From assembly GCA_001662655.1 (NCBI GenBank), contig KV460226.1: a stretch of DNA of 64,000 bases; one strand, 5' to 3'. Origin of the DNA: Pseudogymnoascus verrucosus (Eukaryota). The position numbers and the translations under genes were made by a program. Shown piece by piece: positions 24,278 through 37,277 of this stretch (position 1 is its first letter; each line of letters begins with the position of its first letter). The notes below the pieces were generated by a model, which worked only from the letters and a program-made list of their open reading frames with translations, was not told where the DNA came from and did not search any database.

Positions 24278-24553
24278 AGGGGCGTTTGAGAGATGGAGAT
24301 TGTACAAATAGGGGAAAATTGCGCATGTTGTAGTAGTAGTAGAGCGAGAGACTGTGATGGTTGTGTAGTAGAGTGGGCATTATAGGCGTTTGCATCTTCA
24401 TTTGTCAAATCTATATATGTACAACAATACAATCGCATTATACACATATCCTTCCGCTTCTCTGTGTTTTCCATCTGTAGCTTTCATGCTGTCGCAATGA
24501 GTACATCATCGCTCTCTATATCTTCCATACTGACTGACGCCATGAATGCACCC

Positions 24554-25443
24554 TCACTCCACCAAAAACCCCCTCCACTCCCTCCCCCCCTTCCTCTTCC
24601 CCACCACCTCCCCCCCCTCCACCACATCTTCCTCCTCCCCCTCCCCATCCCCCCCCAATCCCTTCTCCCACTGCACCAAAAACCTCTCCACCAGCCCCAA
24701 CCCCTCCACAATCCGTCCACTCAAACTCAACCCCCCCACCCTCGCCCAGCTCTCCACATACACGCATCGCGCCCCCTTCTGGGGGTTTATCACTCCGAAG
24801 AAACGAAGGATGAATGTGGCGATGAGGACGAGTACGCCGGTTGCGGGGCCGTTGGTGAGGATGAGGTCGGGGGTGGTGGGGGTGTATGTTTTGTGTCCCC
24901 CGGAGTTGGTGGGGAGTCTTGGGCGGCGGTGGGTGGGTGAGAGGAAACGGAGACAGGAGAGGAGACAGAGGAGGGAGGTGAAGGGTGCTGTCCACAGCGG
25001 CTGGTGTATGCGTCTCGCCCTCGGCACAGTGAGGATCTCAAACCCCTCCCCGCGCACCACTCCAGTCTCCTTCCCATCCACCACCATCGTAGTCTCCACC
25101 CCCGTAAGCCCGCGCTCGAAATCAATAGCTTTCAGCGTCGAAAAGGCGTCGCCCGAGGAGACGAGGTAGGTCCGGTATATGTACCTCTCCGGCGAGAGAT
25201 GGCGGATCATAGAGAGCATTTCGGCTGTGTGACCCCCGGAGCCGAGGACGATGAGGATGTGTGCTGGGGAGGTGCGGGGGGGGGCGGGGGGCCGGCGCGA
25301 AGGGAGGATGGCGAGGATGCGGAGCTGTGAATGGGGGGTTAGCTGGGTGCGAGGGGGGGAGAGGGGGGACGCACAAAGATGGTGGTGAGGAGGAGGAGGA
25401 GGGCGGCGAGGGCGAGGCGGAGGGGGGTGGGTTCGAATGCCAT
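24554..25443 (-). CDS. ALG14: UDP-GlcNAc transferase subunit Alg14
   Basis: Exons 25443-25375 and 25324-24554. Motifs ILIVLGSGGHTAEM, VPRARRIHQ, DLILTNGPAT, YVESWARV and FLVQW. Confidence 0.93.
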
Positions 25444-25957
25444 TGTGAGGGTGGGTGGGAGTTATGAGAGGTGCGGTGGCATATTGTGGTTTAGTTCAGG
25501 TAGATTGGGCCACGTCGCGTGTGATGCTGGGGTGATGAGGTGGATTGAGTTTCTGTATTCTCATGCGTTTGTGTGTAAGAGCTTGGATATAAGCTTGATA
25601 CGCGCAATTGCTCGTATTTGGGCGTCAAATATCCAAATTCCTCTGGCTTGTTTTGTCGACTTGCGATAGCTGTGCTGATAGCACCTCGAAGTTTACAATG
25701 GTACAGGTACAGCTCTACGTCAGCGGAACCACTCCGCGTGCGCCCCTGCCGCATTAGCGGAGAGACCACCCTGCCAGACACCGCTCGCTCCCCCAAGTTA
25801 AGCCTCACGTCAAGCCTCGCCACAATCCACATCCATCGCACCTGTCTCGGTCTGGCAGACTTGGCTCGTACTGCAGATCCTCTATATATATAATACCACA
25901 CATCACACATCGGTCGTACCATATTATTTTCCCCCGCCCGCCTCCCATGCTGGCCAG

Positions 25958-28202
25958 ATGAACTCAATTGCCACCGACTTTCTGACGAACCTTTTGGCGA
26001 GCGAGTCGTATCGGATTTGGGGGAAGGAGAGCGGGGTGGTGACGGATGAACATGTGGATATCTTTGCGGATGATCGGATGTCTGTGATGGGAGAAACGGA
26101 ACAGGAAGAGGAGAGGGCTGGGAGTGGTGGGGAGGGACAGGGGGAGCAAGGGGCGGATGGGGTAGCACAGGGCCAGGGAGGAAGTCAGGAAGGCATACTC
26201 GAAGATGAGGGCGGGAGAGAGGCTTCAACTGGACGTCAATCTGAGTCCAGGTCACCTGTTCGAGAAGAAAGCTTAGAGAACGCTGTACAACCGCAAAGCG
26301 GTCTCGAGAGCGACCCAATTCCGACCGGGTCGGAAACGGAACTGCCCATTCGGCAGGAAACCGAGACACCAGCGACTGGGGAGGACGCGTCCAGCAACCC
26401 CGAGTCTACAATACCAGACGGGGCCCAGAGCTCCCCAGCGCCGCCTATAAACCCGTCAGACCCCCAGGCCGAAAGTTCAACGCAAAGGAGCTCTGCTGCT
26501 CCGATTGGGGAGGCCAGTGAGCAGCCGCATATAAACCAGTCAGACACCCAGGCCGAGAGTTCTGCTCAAGCAGAGTCTGCCGCTTCGATTGGGGAGGCCA
26601 GTGAGAAGCCGCCTACCGCGTTGCCCGAAGATGATGGCATGCGCGCACTGCGGGAGAGGGTTCTTCACATACAAGTAAAGGATATTTCTACGGATGAGAA
26701 GGCGCGGCTGATGCATGAGCTCCTGACGGAAGGATATACCAAGTCTCAAGTTGGCCAGGAGATCCCTCCTTCACCAGCAGCGGTAGTGAGCCAGGAGCGG
26801 CCAACGACTCCTACATCGATAAGCTCCTTTAACTTCTGGCCTGGGAAGGACAATTCTCATTCTCCTGAAAAGGGAGATACTGTTACATTCCATTTAACAA
26901 AGGATGACCTTCAACCCACATATGCGCCTCTACCCCCACCAGTCGAAGGAGCTTCTGATGGCAGTGACGATGTAGAGCAGACACAGGTATTTGGCTGTCA
27001 GCATTACAAGCGGAATGTCAAGCTTCAATGCTTCACATGCAACAAATGGTATACATGTAGGCTGTGCCATGACGCAGCTGAGACTCATACATTACCACGG
27101 AGGGAGACCAAAAACATGCTTTGCATGATCTGTGGCAACGCCCAGCGAGCAGCTGAAATATGCACTCACTGCACAGGCCGCGCCGCGAACTACTACTGTG
27201 ACATTTGCCATCTTTGGGAAGATGATCCGAACAGGAGTATTTATCACTGTAATGACTGCGGGATCTGTAGAGTTGGTATGGGCCTCGGGAAGGACTTCTT
27301 CCATTGCAAGGTTAGCATCCATTTTCCCTATCGCATTCAGAGTCTAACATCCCCCGCAGACGTGCGGTCTCTGCATGAACATCTCGATGGAAATGTCCCA
27401 TAAATGCATTGAGCGGTCCAGCGATTGCGACTGCCCCATCTGCCACGAGTATATGTTCACATCTCCGCAAACCGTGGTGTTCATGAAATGCGGTCATACC
27501 ATCCACAAGCACTGCTACCATGCACATCTGGAGAATTCGTATAAGTGTCCGATCTGCCAGCAGACGATCGTAAATATGGAGACTCATTTCCGCGCCATTG
27601 ATAGGGCTATCGAAGCGCAGCCCATGCCGGAGCAATTCGAGGACACGAAAGCTATGATCACTTGTAATGATTGCAGGGCGAAGAGTGCGGTGCCGTATCA
27701 CTGGCTGGGGCTCAAGTGCGCAGTTTGCGATAGCTATAACACAATACAGGTGAATATCATCAACGACGAGCCATTGGCACCGCCTGCCGAGGCGGCGGGA
27801 CAAGGGGATACTGCGGGGGAGGGTGCGACAGCAGAGATGGCTATACCAGTTCCAAGATCGAGGAGGCACTCATTGAGTGCTGAACAAACCCTTGCTCCGA
27901 GAGATTATAGTTCTGGGCTAGCTCCAGACGTACCGTCGAGGATTGGCAGGTCGATGTCGCCTGTGCGGGGGAGCTACTTTAGGCAGGGAGAACCCGCACG
28001 CCCTGCGGCAGATGATGCTGAGGTTTGGGATGATGAAGATACAGATTTTTGGGGACGGACACCCGCGGACCTCGCGGTGGATGGAGAGGAGGAAGAAGAA
28101 GAAGAGGAGGAGGAGGATGAGGATGATTTGGACCTGTCTTTGGAAGACGATGATGATGATGATGATGATATTGATACGATGGAGTTATTTGGGCATCGCT
28201 AG
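25958..28202 (+). CDS. CHY zinc finger / CTCHY / RING E3 ligase (RCHY1/Pirh2-like)
   Basis: Exons 25958-27310 and 27360-28202. Motifs GCQHYKRNVKLQC, CDCPICHEYMF and HWLGLKCAVCDSYNT; acidic tail. Confidence 0.93.
26441..26608 (+). repeat. In-frame 84-bp (28-aa) internal duplication in the CHY/RING gene
   Basis: PPINPSDPQAESSTQRSSAAPIGEASEQ followed by PHINQSDTQAESSAQAESAASIGEASEK. Confidence 0.9.
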
Positions 28203-28591
28203 CTGGAAGCTACGGGCATGGGATGGTTTTGGCGTTACGACCCGCGTAGAACCCTTGGGAAGCATATGGTTAGTCCATTGGGTGGAAGGGCGCATGAGGA
28301 TCGAGATTGAAGGAGATCACTATTTGAGTCTCCTCTGGACAGGACCGCATGTAGCAATATAATGAGCGGCAGCAGAAATATCAAATATCCAAATTACTAC
28401 ACGCATAGAAGCTTTATGTTCGGTCTCGGAGAGAGTATCATTTGTCATAACCTCGTCCATTCGTCCTTTTCGAGCTTGACAGCCCATAAAAACGCCAGTG
28501 TATGCATGGTATCATCCCAATCACCCAAACTCCCTCGACAGCCTCCGCAGGCCTCATGTAAGGCTCGATGCCTGCAATCCCATCCCCAACC

Positions 28592-28931
28592 CTATCTCTG
28601 CGCCTGGTCAAACTCCCTCTTTCCCTCCTCAGCCTCTCTCCTCAGCTCCTTGATGACAGTCTGCCCTCCGTCAGTATCTCTCCCACCACCACCCACGACA
28701 CGCAGCACTCACAGCCAATGCCTCGGGATTAACTCCATTCTCCACCATACTGATACAAAGACTCAACGTGTGCCGGTCAAGATTCGTGTTCTGCCCATGT
28801 GTTAGTGTTTACTTCGCTGGCGGGGAAGGTATTGGTGCCCGTACGAGGAGCGTTGCGATTTCATCGAGGATATCGACGACTTCGCGGGCGGCATTGCGCT
28901 TCTCTACTAGCGGTGAGTCTGCTGGAGGCAT
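28592..28931 (-). CDS. MZT1: Mitotic-spindle organizing protein 1 (MOZART1), 77 aa
   Basis: Exons 28931-28845, 28790-28713 and 28660-28592 give [49 protein letters not shown]. The ORF track shows only exon 1. Confidence 0.93.
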
Positions 28932-29292
28932 CTTGTTCGAGTGTGTGATGTATGTTAGGCGCTCTTTTGTTGGTTTGGGTGTTGGCGTTGGTGAGGATGG
29001 GAGACGCGGTTGCGACCGGGCGCGATTGACGAGGCTATGTAGTTGTATTTGGCAAGGCTGAGGGACTGGGTGGGGATTGGTGAATGGATGGAGTGATGAC
29101 TTCATTCCATCTTTCAGTGTTAAACTACTCATAACGCGTCAACAGTTAAGTTCTACAAGTGTAGGCTATTCTCTATTATTTAGTTTCCTATTTCTCAATT
29201 CCTCAACGTCCGTTTCTCTACCACCCTCCTGTCAAACCCTCGATTCTCAATCTCACCTCACCCCACTCATAAAGCCTCTCTCACACTTAACC

Positions 29293-29847
29293 ATGGCCGA
29301 CAGCCACGACATCAAATTCCCCTCCCCCGGAAACGTCGTTCTCCGCGGCGGCTGCCGCTGCGGAAACATAACCTACACCTCCACCAGCCTCCCCACCTCC
29401 ATGAGCCACTGCCACTGTCTCGCCTGCCGCCAAGCCTCCGGTTCCCCCTTCCAAACCTTCGCCTCCTTCCCCATCGACTCGCTCACCTGGACCACACACA
29501 CGTCGCGCGGCTTGAGCATAGGTAATACATCCGATGAGTCGGGTTTGAGCTTCTACGAGGCGAATCCGTGGGCGCGGCGGGGGTTTTGCGGGAACTGCGG
29601 GAGTCCGGTTAGGTTGCATTCTGCGACTAGTCCGAGGGAGATGTGTATTGTGGCGGGGAGTATTGATGAGGGGAGTGTAAAGGGGGAGTTGGTGAAGCCG
29701 ACGGAGCATATTTTTTTGGAGGAGCAGGCGGGGTGGTTTGATTTGCCGGAGGATGGGTTGGGGAGGTTTGAGAGGTTTAGTGAGGGGGAGTCGGATAGGA
29801 AGATTAAGGCGTGGATGGAGGAGCATGGGAGGGGAGGAGGGGAGTAA
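29293..29847 (+). CDS. GFA / CENP-V (Mss4-like) zinc-binding protein
   Basis: Motifs GGCRCGNI, HCHCLACRQASG, RGFCGNCGS and PTEHIF. ATG at 29293 in ACCATGG context. Confidence 0.9.
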   Translation: MADSHDIKFPSPGNVVLRGGCRCGNITYTSTSLPTSMSHCHCLACRQASGSPFQTFASFPIDSLTWTTHTSRGLSIGNTSDESGLSFYEANPWARRGFCGNCGSPVRLHSATSPREMCIVAGSIDEGSVKGELVKPTEHIFLEEQAGWFDLPEDGLGRFERFSEGESDRKIKAWMEEHGRGGGE

Positions 29848-30031
29848 GTGGGAGGAGTCGTAGTATACTTGTAGAGTATCTAGCTTTCATTTAAAGGGGA
29901 GCTTGAGGTCAGACAGGCATATATCATGAACATGTATAATGATTTCAGAACAAGCAATACAGTCATTTGTTCCATTCATATATCCAAAGGCAATTCCTCT
30001 ATTTTACCCCTAAACTCCACAATGCTGCCAA

Positions 30032-33000
30032 CTATACACCCAGTAAGCTCAGCTTCTTAAATTCTCCAATAACTGGCGCCACCTTTGCCCGCTGACTGGC
30101 CTCCATACTCTCCGCCAATACTGCATCGCCTCCAATGGGCCTATACCCATTCTCATCTACCTCGCCCTCTTCAACCTCTTTGGTCTCGTCCGCCTGGCCG
30201 TATACCTCTTTCACGGCATCCTTGCACATCTGCACGACTTCCGCGCCTAGTGCCTCGACAGCCAACGCACCTTCGCGCATACCCCTGCGTACAAGACCCT
30301 CAACAAGTCGTTGAATTTCCTCTCTGGTGGACTCAGCTCGCTCAATCAGGCGGCCAACGGAAGCAACGAGGTATTCTTCCTCGTAGACGGACCCCTTCTT
30401 GCCACGGGCGCGCTTGCGCTCTTCTCTGCGCCTGTTCTTAGACGTCACCCTCGACGCACCGGTAGCTGCGGTACCGAGAGACTGTCGGCCGGTGTATCTC
30501 GTGAAAAGAGAAGCTGATGTTGACACACCCGAGGCTGCGACGGAAATATCATCAGGGATGTCGGCATCACCCTTCGACGCCTCTCCTTCATAGAATGCGA
30601 GTGGGTCCGCAATTGCTCGCTCACGTAGCTCTCTGATACGAGGCACCTGCGCATTCAGTTGGCCCTTGCATTCAGCGAGTAATTCTGTCGTGACTCCAAG
30701 AGAGTCCGTGAGGCCTGTATCTATCACGCCGTTTGGTTCCAGAAGCTCTGGGCACGGCCGGATAGGAGACGTGGCGAGTTCGAAGGCTGCGGCGAAGTAG
30801 CTTCCCTTGCAGAAAAGTTTGGCTGCCACGGTTGGCGAACCCAGGTACGTAGCGTGGATAGTGGCGGCGTCGAAGTAGCTCTTAATTTCAGCCAAGGAGT
30901 CGGCGAGGGACTCCGCGAGGGATGACAACGCAGACGGTGTGGGAGATGTCAGAGAAAGACAGAATAGGGCCTCGCGCCAGTATGTTGGCGATGCGAGGTG
31001 GTAACAGTGGCTTGCTTCCGCATAGAGACGTAGAGATTCGTATGCTAGGGCTGCAGCATGATATTGAGACTTTGCCTCCAAGTGCACAGCATAGAGGTGT
31101 GTTATTTCGGAAAGCCTTGCTGGGACGTAGCGATACAATGTTAGTGCCGACTTGTATAGGGCGTGCTTCACTATGTATGCGTCTATCTCGGCGGTTTCGT
31201 CGGTTGGAGACGAGTCCCGAAGAGACGTGAGAGCCTTTGCATGTCGGCTGAGGTGATCATCAATCGAGAACTGTCTCCTTAGAACAGGCATTTCCTGTAG
31301 CTTTTGGAGGAATGGCAAGTATTCTCGAGGATCTTTCTGAGACTGCTGTGCAACTAATAATGCAAGGTCCAGGTTGTAAAGACCAAGGGCGTGCTCATAT
31401 AGCTTGTTGACGTCGGCAAGGAAGCAAATATGCTCAACTGCTTTATCGGCCATGGATTGATCGGTAGACATCAGCAAAGCAACAACCTTCAGACCGTCGT
31501 CTAGAGCAGGCGGCGATTTGCATAGGTGCGCTGTGATAATGTTCTTAAGGTTGGTAGATTGGCGGTGCGAGAGTATAGAAAGCATGGCGTCACAGACGCG
31601 GTTTACTTTCGAGGTAGTAGTCGATGTAGGCGGTGCCACAGGTAAGCCATTGGTGTTAGCTGAAGGCTTCAATACGCGTGTATCTTTATACAATGTCTGA
31701 GTGACGTCTTCTTCCCTCAGCGATGATAAGAAAAGGTCGATATAGGTAATCTTCTTCACTTGATCAACGAAAAGCCCGACATTCGCCAGGAACTGTTCCG
31801 GCTGGTAATCGTACAGCAGGTTCATATCGACTCTTTGTGTCCTGCAATGGGAGAACGCTCTCTTGTAGTTCTTCTCGGCGATTAGCTTCCGGATTCCAGC
31901 AAGAACCATAGCCCGAGGCCAGATAGTCTCCAAGTTTCCACGAGGCATTTGCAAAACCAAGCTGAGAGATGTTGGCATAGCTGTCACAAGTCGAGATCCA
32001 CGCTCGAGGGCTCGGCATCTCTCGTCCTTCTCCGGGTCGTCATTTGGAACTTCCAGGTCTTGCACATCCGTAATATGCACAAACTTAAGCATGTGAGTTG
32101 TGGTAGTGAAAATAAGGTGTAGCGGGGTCGTAAGGAAAGATGTACAGTTCTTCGCGAGGCACCTCGAGTTGGCATAGAGATGGCCATTAGGGGACAGCCC
32201 AAAGGCAATAACATCCTCTCCGTGCTGAATAATCTCGACCCAGGGCAGAAATGCAGGGAGCTTGCAGTGGTTAAGGGAGGCATTAGCAGCATCGGTACTA
32301 TGAACATCTCCAGACGAGCCTTGGATAAACGCGTGATCCTTGCCATCCTGCTCGAAGCTCGAAAGGCTAATGGCTGATTCGTGACTTTGGGGCTTAGTTT
32401 CAATCATACGCCCAGACTCGCTGTCGAAGCCGTGGAAGCTAATACTCGATGTGCCGTCTTCAAGATTACGTCTCAAGACCAAAACATTTCCATCCTCATC
32501 AAAGCTAGCATGGAGATAACTGCTTTCGGAATCCTTCTCAAAAGTGAATCGGCCACTGAGAGTAGGAACGGATGATGTGGTTCCTGATACTACCCAATCA
32601 TAAACCTCGATGCCACTTTGGTGCAACACAGCAATGCGAGAAGTCTCGGCATTGAAGGCAACATCAATCGTGTTTTCTTTAATAAGTAGTTCGTAGTGAG
32701 CCATTGGAGGAGGAACATTGGCAGATCTGAGCGGCGTGAGCTTGATATTCTTGCCATCGATGACGGCAACAGCGCCATAATCATGTGGCGGCATCGTAGA
32801 GCTTTTAGCAACAGTGAAAATATACTCTATGATGTTGATACCATCAGCGCTGGCAACAATCATTCGTAGAACCTTCTCCTGGTGCCAGACCAAAGAGTTT
32901 GCAAACGTCGTCTTGGTGGCGATCTCATGCTTTAAGTACCAGTGGTAGTTGCCCATCGTCCAAAATTGAACTCTATCCTCAAATATAACTGCAAGAACAG

Positions 33001-34022
33001 AAGAATCGTTGTTCCATGCCAAGGAGATGTTCTTCCCGAATGTTCCCATCTCTTCGGGAGTCAGTCTCAAGCTGAATTGCCCGTGACGGAGACCATTTCG
33101 CTCAAAGAAAACAATGTCGATACGGTCACTAAACCTTTGAACGCCGGCCATCAGATTCCCTGCAGGTCTCCAACTCAAGGCTCCTTCGAGGTTATCAACA
33201 GGCTCACTGACACTGTCAAGCACACCCTCTCTCGAGTAGACACGAATAAGACGCCGTAAGCCTTCTTGGACTGTGGAGATAGCAATATATGCACCATCTC
33301 CCCTCCAACTAATCGTAGCGTCTTTCTTGTCGTTTGGGCTCAAGAGGCCTTCATCGACCTTCTCTGGCATTGTCGGGTCTCGGAGAGCATTCGCCCCTCG
33401 CCCCTTAAATTGGGTCTCCTTCTTTCCCCAGCCGACATTGACATGGTTGCTAGCCTTTTGGTCCTCTGCAGTCATTGTAACATCCATGATACCTTCAAAG
33501 CTGCGGCTCATGAAGACGACGGTGTCAGCTTTCGTTGTGATCGCCAGCAGTTCCTCATCAGGTGACCACCTCGCTGCGGTGATACCTGCATCGACTGATC
33601 CTACAATCTCAATACGGTCTTCTCCTGGCAATGGTTCCTCTCTGACGACCACAATGTCGCCGCCAGCTAAGACGAGACATGCTGTCTGGGAGTCGCCAAA
33701 GTAATATAAGGATAGGATCTCATCACAGGCAAGGTCAGGGTTTGGGCATGGCGCGTCCCAGGAAGTAATGACAGTATGCTCACTAGAAACGCCGTCAGTA
33801 AGTCAATTCCAATATGCCCAGTGTGTACAGTGTGGGTTCTCACTTTTTGTTGCCCTTCTTGTTTACTCTGACCAGCTCGACAAGGGTATCATGTTCGCTT
33901 GGCCCATATGCCACAATCGCGCTGTCCGAACTTGTATCCCACGCCGTCGCCGTAATGCTTCTCACTGAAAATTCATCGGGACTCCTCCAAGTCTCATACT
34001 TGATATTCCTTAGATTGCGCAT
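30032..34022 (-). CDS. ELP1: Elongator complex subunit 1
   Basis: Exons 34022-33844 and 33782-30032. Motifs MRNLR, VGWGKKETQFKG, SWRGDG, LQMPRGNLETI and KRARGKKGSVYEEEYLV (IKI3 family). Confidence 0.97.
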
Positions 34023-34529
34023 CTTCACAAGCCTCACGTGCTACACGGAGGATCTAGGGTGTAGAGTGGCAATATCAAACTTTTTGACGAGGCTATCATT
34101 ATCGTTTATCGCCTATCGTCAATTTTCAGGGACATGGCTAGAATGTCGACATATTGTGGCCTTAATTATAAGGCCGTAACTATTTCCTTAGCATTCGTAG
34201 AAAATAGCAATCAATGCTGTTAATCGCACTTAATCACATGGGATTGTAATTATAGCGCTGCCTCGTAATATCTTAGCTATCTGGAAATCAAATTAAAAAG
34301 AGGAGTCCGCTTGGCTATAATTTCAGTGACAATTCACACCGCTCACGTGCACATAAGTGTCCACATTCCAGCCTTCTTTATCCGAAGCGAGAGCTTGCTT
34401 CCCCAGATTCTACCAAGGTTCCCAATCGCGATATCATCCGATAACTCGACGTCAACTCCACCTCCTCCGCCTTATAAAGCTCAAAGATCCTCCCATACTT
34501 GGCTATAAGTCAATAGCACAACCGCCAGT

Positions 34530-35768
34530 ATGGATGAGGCATACTATCAACACTCGCCGCACATTCGGCGTCACAACCGCTCTTCGACCTCACTGAACGC
34601 CCTCTCCCTCGCGCCCCTCACCTCCCGTTTCCCCATTGATGATGCGGACGAAGCGCAGATTCCACAACGTCCACAACGTCCACGACCCGAACACCGCCTC
34701 TCATACCTAGAAACCGCCTCTGTCCCGCCGTCGCCCGGCATTCTGACCAGCTCCCGCTCTCCGTCGCGCACCAGACCCCGGCGCCGCCTAAGCTCATCTG
34801 GCATCCCAAAGTCCAAGTCGAGCACACAAATCCACAAAGACGGCACCTCCGCTCTATACCATAAGTCGCATGTCCATAAAAGCGGTGCTGTTACTCCAGG
34901 GCCACGCCCAACACAGGGAAACAAGCACCGATCTATTGCATCGGAAGACTTCGCGCTTGGGTTCTTCAATCGCAGAAAGCCCGACGACGACGACTGGCTG
35001 CTCCGCACTGGCTCTCTAATCACCTCGGCCTCACGCGAGTCGAAGGGCCAGGCATGGCTCGTGTCTCGCGCTAGCTCTACCTCCCTGGCGGGCCTCGATA
35101 ATGACGAAGACTCGGAGGATGACCGTGTCGCTGAATACGGCTTTGTTCGGTCACGCCGCCCGAGCGGAGACGCCGATGACGAACTATCCCCCGTCACCAC
35201 ACGATCGTTCGTCGCACACAGCCGGAGCGCTTCGCGCTTTGCCTCCCGCACACAGAGCCGCGTTCAGTCGCGTGTACAATCTCGTCGGGGCAGTAGGTCG
35301 GGTCTGGTTCTCACACCCCTCCAGGCGCCGGAGATGGACAGCTACTTCCAGCTCGGTGGCATCGATATGGCGAAACCAGATTTTGTCGATATCGATGAGG
35401 ATGCTGACGCGGAGCCTGCGCAGGCCCTTTATGACGAGATGCTCATGCGGCGGCTTGCGAAGACGGGGACGCTAGGTCTGGGGACGTGGGTGGAGCGGCT
35501 GATGGGGTGGAGCCTATTTGCTGTGGAAGAGGATGGGGAGGAGACGGATGGGGAAGGGGAGGGGGGTGAGACAGAGACTACTGATACGGATGGAGAGGGG
35601 TATGGGAGAACTAGGAAAGAACGAGAAAGGCAGCAGTGGCGGGAAATGCTTGAGAAGGAGGCGAAGGAGCAGGGGGTTGTGTTGCCCCCGCCGCCGGAAG
35701 GATCTGAAGAAGGGGGGTGGGGAGACGCCGCATGGTTGTTGAGTGTTGCTACGAAAGTGCTTCTCTGA
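34530..35768 (+). CDS. Conserved fungal Ser/Arg-rich protein (DUF3984-like)
   Basis: Intronless, 412 aa. Motifs LSLAPLTSRFPI, DWLLRTG..SRESKGQAWLVSRASSTSL and GGWGDAAWLLSVA; the family name is recalled. Confidence 0.82.
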   Translation: MDEAYYQHSPHIRRHNRSSTSLNALSLAPLTSRFPIDDADEAQIPQRPQRPRPEHRLSYLETASVPPSPGILTSSRSPSRTRPRRRLSSSGIPKSKSSTQIHKDGTSALYHKSHVHKSGAVTPGPRPTQGNKHRSIASEDFALGFFNRRKPDDDDWLLRTGSLITSASRESKGQAWLVSRASSTSLAGLDNDEDSEDDRVAEYGFVRSRRPSGDADDELSPVTTRSFVAHSRSASRFASRTQSRVQSRVQSRRGSRSGLVLTPLQAPEMDSYFQLGGIDMAKPDFVDIDEDADAEPAQALYDEMLMRRLAKTGTLGLGTWVERLMGWSLFAVEEDGEETDGEGEGGETETTDTDGEGYGRTRKERERQQWREMLEKEAKEQGVVLPPPPEGSEEGGWGDAAWLLSVATKVLL

Positions 35769-36125
35769 GCGTATATGGAAATGCTAATATTAATATTAAT
35801 GAAAGGACGCTTCGGCGGATTTATTGGAATATAATATCATTGCTCCTGCTATCTGATGAAGGCAATAAACACCAATGTTTGGGAGACGTATTCGCCATCA
35901 ATGCAAGTTCTTGGCCCGGTTTAGCCACCGTTTCCGGAAATCAGCCACGCTATTCTCAAATATGAGTTCTTATGTCGGTTTTGCCAACCTTTCCAGAATT
36001 CAGCCTGTTGCTCAAAACGCCGTCGCGGCGATGGTATGGTATTGTTATGACGCCAAAAAGAAATTTCTCGTCCTGCTGTATATAGCCATACTGCGAATAA
36101 ATATGCTGGGTGTATCTTGAGCCGC

Positions 36126-37277
36126 TCAGTCGTCGGTCAGGTCAATAGGGGCCTCCATCGTCGTCTTCCTCTGCTTTGCTGTCGGTGCATCGCTCGTCAG
36201 ATCCACAATATCTGAATCGCGACGCTCTCTTTTGATGATTCTCTCTGGTTTGATCCCTGGCTCGGGTTTTGGATCCTGATAGAAGTAAGCCTCTCATCTG
36301 ACAATCAAATCGCGAGACATAAGGCACCTGTTGTTGCTGAAAAGCCTCGCGGGCCAAACGCTCCCTTTCTGCTGTTGGCAAGGCATCAAAGAGGTCTGGA
36401 GATGGGGATCTTGGGATGATCAGGAGCTGGCGGAGTGCCTCTGTATTGAGGTTAGACTCTTAGTACCTGAGACTCTTCTATCTGGCATCCTACCTTTTGA
36501 GCGATACCGGAATACAAAGCGAGCCAAGGGTTCGTCTTTGCCGTCAATAAGAACACAGTCTACAGTTTTCTGTCCTGGCGCTGTCTTTGCAACGCCAAAG
36601 CTATAGACATGTCAGCTTTGCAAATGTTCTTGTTGCACTTTAGAGTCTGGACCTACGCTGTTCCATGTGAGAGAGCGCGACCTTTAACGGCTTTCTCTGA
36701 AATCTCGGACACGACTTGTTTGGGCAAAATTGCACGGCAGTTGACTTCCCCCCCTATTTTAACACGGAGAACCTCAACAGTTATCTGCCCTAAAGCAGCT
36801 GCGGCCTTGACATCTTGGTCTATCTTAGCCTTATCTGCTACCTCAACTTCGTATTGTTAGCGCTCTCTGAGGCTGCTTGTTGATAGCAAACCTACCAAGT
36901 TCAACATCAGCAAACTTGAAGGGATTCACAGTTGGTCTGCCGGTCGCGTCTTCGCTATAGAACCCGTCTATCTGGCTGTTCCAGGAAGAATGGGCAGCCT
37001 CAGCCGCTTCTCGCCAGCAACGACCCGCAGCCCATTTGCCGTCAATGTTTACTTGAAAGGCAAGATCATATATCGTCTGCACATGCGCCCGAAAGGCAGG
37101 AAGAACAGATGCATGTATTGCAAACTCCGCGTCGGAGATGGCTTCGATGTACTTCACCACAGTCTTTGGCGCCAAGGGCCCACTCACTTCCTCGCCGTCG
37201 TCTTCGTATTCCTTGACTGGCTGTCCATTAATATAAATGGAGACGCCAACTCCCGGGACTGCCTCGAGGATGGCCAT
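36126..37277 (-). CDS. DUF7918-like protein, paralog A, ~313 aa
   Basis: Exons 37277-36896, 36846-36657, 36600-36494, 36440-36328 and 36275-36126 total 942 nt. Motifs EISEKAVKGRALSHG and FVFRYRSKEALRQLLIIPR. Confidence 0.85.
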
